A DNA stretch of 51,734 bases from Prasinococcaceae sp. CCMP 1430 (taxonomy: Eukaryota > Plantae > Prasinodermophyta). The notes under the pieces are model-generated. The model saw nothing but the letters and a program-made list of their open reading frames with translations, had not been told where the DNA came from and did not search any database. The position numbers and the translations under genes were made by a program. The stretch is taken from assembly GCA_013416795.1 (NCBI GenBank), contig RQSC01001193.1, positions 1-51,734 on the forward strand, in the 5' to 3' direction. Shown one piece after another: positions 45,446 to 51,734 of the stretch; within the stretch, counting starts at the first letter, position 1; every line of letters begins with the position of its first letter.

Positions 45446-46517
45446 TCAATACTCCCTGACGAAGCGCTCGATGAGCGGGTTGACGATTTGGGGCGCTTCG
45501 TCCATCGGGCAGTGTCCAAGACCTTCGAGCTCGACGAACTCGCGCACCATGTCCGCGTAGTACTCCCTGCCCATGTCAACCAGCTCCCACGGATCCTTGG
45601 TGCCCCATCCGAACATCACCTTCTCCTTGGGGAGCTTCTCGAGCAGGTCCTCCGGTAGCGGGCCCGTGCTGTACGAGATGAAGTCAAGAAAGACAGCGGC
45701 GGAGCCTGGGCGCAGCCCCGGCTGCAGCATGCGGTCGACGAGGTCATCGTCAACGGTCGCGGGGTCGGCGTAGGCCTCGCGCAGCACGTTGCGCAGCGCG
45801 CGTGGCTGCGCTATCTGCGCATAGAAGAATTCGCCCACGGGGGTCTCGCGGAGCACCTTCTGCAGAACGCCGACCGCCTTGGACACCAGCGGCGGCTGGC
45901 GCCGCACGTTGAGTCCGCGCAGAGAGATGTTCAGACAGAGCACCGCGCGCACTGCCTCGTCTCCGCCGTCAACCGCCGCCTGCAGGCCCGCCACGCCACC
46001 CACCGAGTTGCACACCAGAAGCACCGGCCCGCCCGCCACCTCGCGCGCGAAGTCCACGAGCTGCGCCCCCCAGTTCTCGAAGTTGTACAACGCATTCACA
46101 CCGCCCGACTCGGCGGGCACAGGCTGGTCCGAGTAGCCGTAGCCGAGCAGGTCGATGGTGAAGACGCGCCTGCCGGTCGACTCCGCGACGGCCCGAGCGT
46201 TCTTCACCCAGTGGTCCGCGTTGCCGCCGAATCCGTGAACCATGACAATGGCGGGCTCGTCCCCGGCGCCTGCAGCGTCGCCGCCCGCGCTCTGGTAGCG
46301 AATGCGGTGGCCGCGCCACTCCCACCACTCATCGGGCAGGCGCAGGTCGCGCCGCGCGCCTGGCAGCTCCCGGGGCGGCGCCGTGGCCGTTGCCGCCGCA
46401 GCCGCGACGCGGCCACGCGGGCGAACGTGGGCCGCGAGCGGGCGATCGCGCACCAGCGCGCGCCCGGCACGCGCGAATTCTAATGCCGGAGCAGCAGCGA
46501 GCGGCGGATGCGTGCAT
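45446..46517 (-). CDS. Alpha/beta-fold hydrolase (pheophytinase-like plastid family); start needs an intron (46360..46453) or a frame correction
   Basis: VHGFGGNADHW, IDLLGYGYSD, CNSVGG, FGWGTKDPW and LGHCPMDEAP. Confidence 0.88.
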
Positions 46518-47149
46518 AGAACATCAATTATGACGATCTATATACCCACGGGAACGTCTCTTTCGCAAATGGCACGCGCCAAAGTCGAAAACGGAGTATC
46601 AGCTGGCATTGCACCTGCATGTGCCATCAAGTCTGATGGCATGGCCCAGCGGGCATCGGGCGAACAGCCATCAGCGCGCATGCGGCCCCGCGCGCGGCCA
46701 TCAAACGGAATGCGAGCGTGCCGCGCGCCGATCCAGTGCGGCGCAGCGGGAGGGCGCTCCATACGGCGGCGCGTTTTTTCTCGCCTCGCGGGCGCGCGCC
46801 GCATCACAGCGCGCGCGAGGCGCGCGCTGGGACGCGTGCCGGGCGCCCGCGGGGTGGTGTGTGTGTGGTGGGAGGAGGGATTGGGCGCGTGGGAGCCACT
46901 CGGCCTGGGCGATAGGATCGTGTTCCCCCGGCTTCCCCTCCACGCGCGCGCCGCGCTTCGAGTGTCGGGCGCCCCATTCGTTCTCACGCGGCCTGTTTTT
47001 TCTCGCACGCGCAATCGTGACAGGGGCATTTGTTCGCTGACGGCCTCGGGGGTGCACTCGAGTGCGCCCCGCCCCACGGCCGTATCAACACGGTGCCGCG
47101 TGCACCCCCCTGCGTTGTTGCGCGACCTGCGTCCGCGCGGGCGCAGGAG

Positions 47150-49900
47150 ATGCAGCAGGGAGGTATGCTCAAGCAGCGCGTGCTGGCGTCCAGCCCAGCC
47201 ATGCAGGCTGCGACGACCCCCGCGACAATGGCGCATCGCAATGTGGCGAGGCGCGTGGCGCCTGCCACCGCGGCGCCCAAGCGCGCAGGGCCATTCATGC
47301 GCTCCGTCGCGCCGACTGGCACGCGCGCGCCCGTGCAGCAGCAGATCAAATCCGCTGCCACGACTTTCGGAGTGCAGCGCGCGCAGCGCGCCGACTGCGG
47401 GCTCACATCTCTGCGTGAAGAGGCCATGCGCATGAGCACTGAGCAGGTGTCCGCGCTGAGCAAAATCGATGACCTGACGCAGCAGTACAAAGATGCACAG
47501 ACCGAGTGCAAGCACCAAAAGGAGCTGCTGAAGGCAGCCGAGCAGCGCAATGTCAAGCTCGAGGGTGATCTCAAACAGCAGGCGAAGGCATTCGTTGACA
47601 TCAAGGGAGATATCGAAGGTGCCAGCTTCAAAATCGCGGACATGGGCGCTGCGCTCGGCGAGGCTGACAAGAACATCAAAGAAGCCGACGACCGTGCGAA
47701 ATGGTTCGATGCGCGGCTGAATGCTGCTGCTGGGGCGCACGCCGGCATCGTCGACAAGTGCAAGAAGCTCGAAGCGGCGCACGCCAACGTGCAGGGCGCC
47801 ATGAAAAGGTTGGAGTTGTCGCATGCGTCAATGACCAAGGAAAACGAGAAGCTCAAGGCGCGTTCCGACTCGCTGCAGACAGCAGCAGATACGGCAAAGG
47901 CGGACGCAGCTGATCAGCGCGAACGCGTTGCAGCTCTCGAGGCCCAAATCATCGAGCTTGAGCAGCACGCCCATGAACGGCTTTCGTCTGCAGCCGAGCA
48001 CGCCCGCGGGCTTTCGAACGAGCTCGCCGAGGCCAAGGCGGCTGGCGACGCTGCAGCCGCTCGCGCAGAGGGAGCAACCAAGGAAAGCAACATCCTGAAG
48101 GACGAGCTGGCGGACATTGATGCTGAAGTCAGCAGACTCAAAGCGGAGCTCAATGGCGCTGAGAACACGCTCGTTTCGTGGCAGACCAAGCACGAGGAAG
48201 TCGTCAAAAGCTTCGACGCTCTGAAGATCGAGGCGGAAGAGCGTGGCAAGTTGCTCGAGGCCTCTGAAGGGCGCGAGAAAGAGGTCAAGGACGCGCTCGC
48301 AAAGTCAGAGCAGAGCAAGGCCGACGATGCTGCGCGTGTGGATGCCGGTCTGAACGCCGCGCGGAAAGAGGTCAGTGACAAATACACGGCCATGATTGAT
48401 GAGCTCAACGCCGAGCATGCCGCCGAGCTGAAGAGGGTCAAGGACGAATGCACGCAAGCGCAAAAGGATGCGCTTGACCAGGCCGACGGCGCCCGCGACG
48501 CCGCGGCGGCGGTGGCGCAGACCACGCGCGAGCGCGAGGATGCGGTTGCGCGCGTCGCCGGTCTCGAGGAGGAGCTAAAGCGCGCGCGTGAGGACCTCGA
48601 CGCGAAGGCCGCGGCCGCGATCGCGCGGAACGAATTGCTGGAGTCGACCACGGCTGAGCTGAATGCTTCCAAGGAGACTGCCGCCGAGGCTGCTGAGACC
48701 ATCAAGAAGCGCGACGACGAAATCTCACAGCTGCGCGGCGCGATCGACCAAAATGCGGCGGATTACGAGGAGCTCAAGAAGTCTTCGCGTACCGAGCTCG
48801 CTAAGATGACTGCCGCCTACGAGGAGCTCAAGGCGTCTGCGCAGAAGCGCGCCGCTGCTGTGCCGAAGAAGATGCCCTCCCTTCTTTCGCCACAGAACGC
48901 AAAAATATCGTCGGCGCGCTTCACCCGCGCCTCCGCACGTCACCCGCGGCTGCTCTGCGCGGCAGGAATCGGTGATCTGGCCGATGTCGTGGCAGCAGAT
49001 GGCGCCGACGGGATCCTCACCAGTGCCAACGATACGCGCGGCCCACCCCCCGGAGTTCGCTTCGATGCTAATTGCCCCCAGCCCCCGGACCGGGGAGACG
49101 CCGCCGGCGGTGCTGCAGCTGCGGGCGAAGCCGATTTTACTGCGTTGGACGGCGCTCTTGATGCTGATGACATGGGCGGAGAGGACGACGGAGCTGACGA
49201 TGCGATCGATCCCGATTCCTCGTGCGGCGTGGAGCCAACAGCAGCAGAGACCGAGGATGCCATGGCAATCCTTCTCGGAGGGTACACCCCTGTCGAAGAG
49301 GGCAAGCGCGACCGCCGCGCCACGCGCAAGGGCGAGAAGCGTCCCGCGCCCGCGGCGCGCGGGTACGGCGTCACAACGAAGCCTTCTCGCACCGGCAAGG
49401 CTACTGGCAACCAACGCCACCCCGCAGATGCTTACGTCTCCACAGGCGACACCGACGACGCGCGCCTTCCTGGCAACCACAAGGTGCTTCGCCGTAGGGA
49501 GGGCATCGAGGGTGCCGAAGTCGAGAACCTCATGGAGCGCTTCGAGCAAGCGGAGGGCTCGTCGGGTGAGAGCCCCAACGTGATCGCCGGCGCTGACAAA
49601 GGCGACAAGTCGACAGCACGGGGTGCCAAGAAGGCCGTCGCCGTCGCAGCGCCGAAGCCACGTGGTGCAAGGAGGGGGCAGCAGCCACCGCAGAAAAAGC
49701 GCCAAGTCGCGCAGAAGAAAAAGCCGGCCGCCGCCGCCGACAGCGAGCACCGCGCGCAGCCCACCGCCGCCGACGCACAGCGTCCCTCGAAGCGACCCCG
49801 CGTGACGATTGCGACCGCCAAGCGCGGCGTCAGGAAGAAAATGAGCCAGGATCCGTACGACCTCGACACGCTGAGCATGTGCGATGCATTTGGCTTCTGA
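47150..49900 (+). CDS. Long coiled-coil protein resembling the synaptonemal complex transverse filament ZYP1; upstream exon possible
   Basis: About 500-aa heptad region, then a basic disordered tail ending DPYDLDTLSMCDAFGF. The start of the coil aligns by eye with recalled plant ZYP1. gcgcag at 47141-47146 may be a splice acceptor. Confidence 0.6.
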   Translation: MQQGGMLKQRVLASSPAMQAATTPATMAHRNVARRVAPATAAPKRAGPFMRSVAPTGTRAPVQQQIKSAATTFGVQRAQRADCGLTSLREEAMRMSTEQVSALSKIDDLTQQYKDAQTECKHQKELLKAAEQRNVKLEGDLKQQAKAFVDIKGDIEGASFKIADMGAALGEADKNIKEADDRAKWFDARLNAAAGAHAGIVDKCKKLEAAHANVQGAMKRLELSHASMTKENEKLKARSDSLQTAADTAKADAADQRERVAALEAQIIELEQHAHERLSSAAEHARGLSNELAEAKAAGDAAAARAEGATKESNILKDELADIDAEVSRLKAELNGAENTLVSWQTKHEEVVKSFDALKIEAEERGKLLEASEGREKEVKDALAKSEQSKADDAARVDAGLNAARKEVSDKYTAMIDELNAEHAAELKRVKDECTQAQKDALDQADGARDAAAAVAQTTREREDAVARVAGLEEELKRAREDLDAKAAAAIARNELLESTTAELNASKETAAEAAETIKKRDDEISQLRGAIDQNAADYEELKKSSRTELAKMTAAYEELKASAQKRAAAVPKKMPSLLSPQNAKISSARFTRASARHPRLLCAAGIGDLADVVAADGADGILTSANDTRGPPPGVRFDANCPQPPDRGDAAGGAAAAGEADFTALDGALDADDMGGEDDGADDAIDPDSSCGVEPTAAETEDAMAILLGGYTPVEEGKRDRRATRKGEKRPAPAARGYGVTTKPSRTGKATGNQRHPADAYVSTGDTDDARLPGNHKVLRRREGIEGAEVENLMERFEQAEGSSGESPNVIAGADKGDKSTARGAKKAVAVAAPKPRGARRGQQPPQKKRQVAQKKKPAAAADSEHRAQPTAADAQRPSKRPRVTIATAKRGVRKKMSQDPYDLDTLSMCDAFGF

Positions 49901-50357
49901 GGGGCCCTGCCCATCAAAGACGACACCGCAGCGCTCACCTGAGCTGCGCGGCTGCGCCTGCGCCCACTACTTACCACTCCGAATTCGCAGTGCGACTCCC
50001 TCTCTCTCTGCACAACCACAGGCCACTACACTGATTGGCGCACCGACTCACTTCCCGATCTGCAATGCACGCAACACAAGACATTCCGGAGCTGCATTCA
50101 CCAGTCTGCATGATGAAAAGCCAAGCCAACTCTTCTTGACGAGCGCCGGCGACGCGCCCAGCATCACATCGACCCGCACGCCCAGGCCGGGCCCGAGCCA
50201 CCGAGGCAGACGCGCGGACGCCTGGACTTCCAACACGCGTACGCGGGCTGGTGACGACACGGGTGGCCACACATACAATTGAAATCGCGGGCGCGCGTTC
50301 GCATATGATTTAACCTCGACTTGTTGTCAACGGCAGCGCCGCGTCACGGCGGCGGCG

Positions 50358-51734
50358 CTACCGCGTGGTGTCTATCGTGGCCGTGTCGTCCTCGGACTCC
50401 TCATCACCCGCCGTGATAGACCTGAAGAGCTCAGCGTACATCTGCTCGCGCTTGACCTCGAGCGTGTCACAGAAGGCCTTGTACTTGGCCAGACGCGCAC
50501 CGTCGGCCCTGCTCATGGCCGGCGCTTCGACCCACACCGCCTTCATCACAATCATCGACGCCAACCAGGCGGCCGCGGCGGCACCCAGCCGCTGCACCGC
50601 CGCGGGACCGAACGGCACGCCGGCCTCCGCGGCGCTTACGCCGAGCGCGGCGGACACGTACCCCGGCAGCTGCTGCAGCACCGCGACGGCCTCCTTGGGA
50701 CCGTGTGCATCGAGCAGCTCGCCCACCGCCGGCAGCCGCAGCAGCTCCACCAGCGAGAGCAGCAGGGTGGTGGCCAGCAGCGCGAGCGACAGGAGGTAGA
50801 GCGCGACGCCGTAGCGGCGTACGGCCCCGTTGGAGGCGCGCCTCGCGTCGTTGGCCGCGAGGCGCTCCTCGACGGCCGCCGAGACGGCCCTCGAGTCTCC
50901 CTTGAGCTGGACGAGGTTCGTCTGCACGGTCTGCGTGATGGTCTTGTCAATCAGCGCCACCAGGTCGTAGATGCCGTTCGGGATCGACTTGGCGGCCTCC
51001 GCGCGCGGGTCGCCCTCGGGCAGCGGGCGGTAGATGGTGGGCAGCTTGAGCGCGAAGTTGTCCGTGTTGGCCAGCCGCGCGCTGAGGTTCTGCGTGATCT
51101 GGATGAGCACCGTCTGGCGATCCACCTCGGACTCCACCTGGTCGGCCTTGGAGACGAAGAAGCGCATGCGCTCGTAGTGGGTGCCGCTGAGGCGCTCGAC
51201 GACCTCCATCGTGCGCTTGCACAGCGCCTGGCCAATGGGATCGAAAAGGACGAGGATCAGGTCGACGTGCTCGGCCAAAGCGCAGATGGCGGCTTCGACG
51301 TCCATCCCGTACTCCATCGACCCATCAACAAGCCCCGGCGTGTCAATGAGGTCGCACGCCTTGAAGCTGTGTGCAGTGGAGGGCGAGATCTCCGTGGTGA
51401 GGCTATCGACGAGCCCCTCGACGCCGTCGACGGTCGCGGCGAGGTGCGGGAAGAAGAGCTTGGTTGCCTCGCCCCTGAGCGTCTCGCGGCGCGCGCCGTG
51501 CGACACCAGCGTGAAGCCGCGCGTCTCGATGGCCACGCCCTCGCGCTGCACGCTGTCGCCGCAGTACCAGTTGATGAGGCTCGACTTGCCGGCCGAGTGG
51601 TTACCAATCACCATGACCGTGACCTTGCGGCGCGGCTGCGTGCAGCTCAGCTTGGCGCCGGCGAGCAGCGGGTCCGCGGCGATGCTTGCGAGCGCGAGCG
51701 GCAGCTCGCGCCCCCTGCGGGCGGGCGCGGCCGC
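50358..51734 (-). CDS. Dynamin/EHD-superfamily P-loop GTPase with two C-terminal hydrophobic segments; 5' partial
   Basis: GNHSAGKS, DTPG and SKAD motifs. The frame is open to the window edge. Hydrophobic YGVALYLLSLALLATTLLLSLV and AAAAAWLASMIVMKAVW. Confidence 0.78.
   Translation of the reverse strand, partial: AAAPARRGRELPLALASIAADPLLAGAKLSCTQPRRKVTVMVIGNHSAGKSSLINWYCGDSVQREGVAIETRGFTLVSHGARRETLRGEATKLFFPHLAATVDGVEGLVDSLTTEISPSTAHSFKACDLIDTPGLVDGSMEYGMDVEAAICALAEHVDLILVLFDPIGQALCKRTMEVVERLSGTHYERMRFFVSKADQVESEVDRQTVLIQITQNLSARLANTDNFALKLPTIYRPLPEGDPRAEAAKSIPNGIYDLVALIDKTITQTVQTNLVQLKGDSRAVSAAVEERLAANDARRASNGAVRRYGVALYLLSLALLATTLLLSLVELLRLPAVGELLDAHGPKEAVAVLQQLPGYVSAALGVSAAEAGVPFGPAAVQRLGAAAAAWLASMIVMKAVWVEAPAMSRADGARLAKYKAFCDTLEVKREQMYAELFRSITAGDEESEDDTATIDTTR

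Overview
Gene-dense, very GC-rich eukaryotic nuclear DNA, most likely from a prasinophyte-grade green alga (inferred from plastid/lumen-targeted proteins, plant-type TPS1/NDUFB2/ZYP1, short GT-AG introns often carrying a CTGAC/CTAAC branch-point-like motif, and AAACCCTA telo-boxes). I reconstructed about 22 protein genes by hand, with splice sites: TPR-RING E3, PCNA, CABIN1, an FHA protein, Y14/RBM8A, an F-box protein, NDUFB2, 14-3-3, an SDR, two thylakoid-lumen TPR paralogues, MORN1, a MATE transporter, class I TPS1, membralin, a fucosyltransferase-like protein, a sulfotransferase, a UBZ4/MgsA-like protein, a flavoprotein oxidoreductase, a PBP-A/class A beta-lactamase-fold protein, an alpha/beta hydrolase, a ZYP1-like coiled coil and a dynamin/EHD-like GTPase. 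There is also a 1.69 kb TIR-bounded transposon-like element. Best leads: (1) an intron-containing nuclear gene for a cyanobacterial-type PBP-A, a candidate plastid peptidoglycan enzyme; (2) an apparent ACT domain inserted into the phosphatase-like domain of TPS1; (3) the TIR element with subterminal repeats and relic ORFs; (4) a WRNIP1/Mgs1-like protein with no AAA+ motor; (5) a ZYP1-like synaptonemal protein; (6) non-coding patterns (TACWGTA at convergent 3' ends, CTAG palindrome clusters). The assembly has gaps (n at 15921 and 20581, 281 n at 37921-38201) and probably some indel errors. All family assignments come from recalled motifs; no database searches were run.
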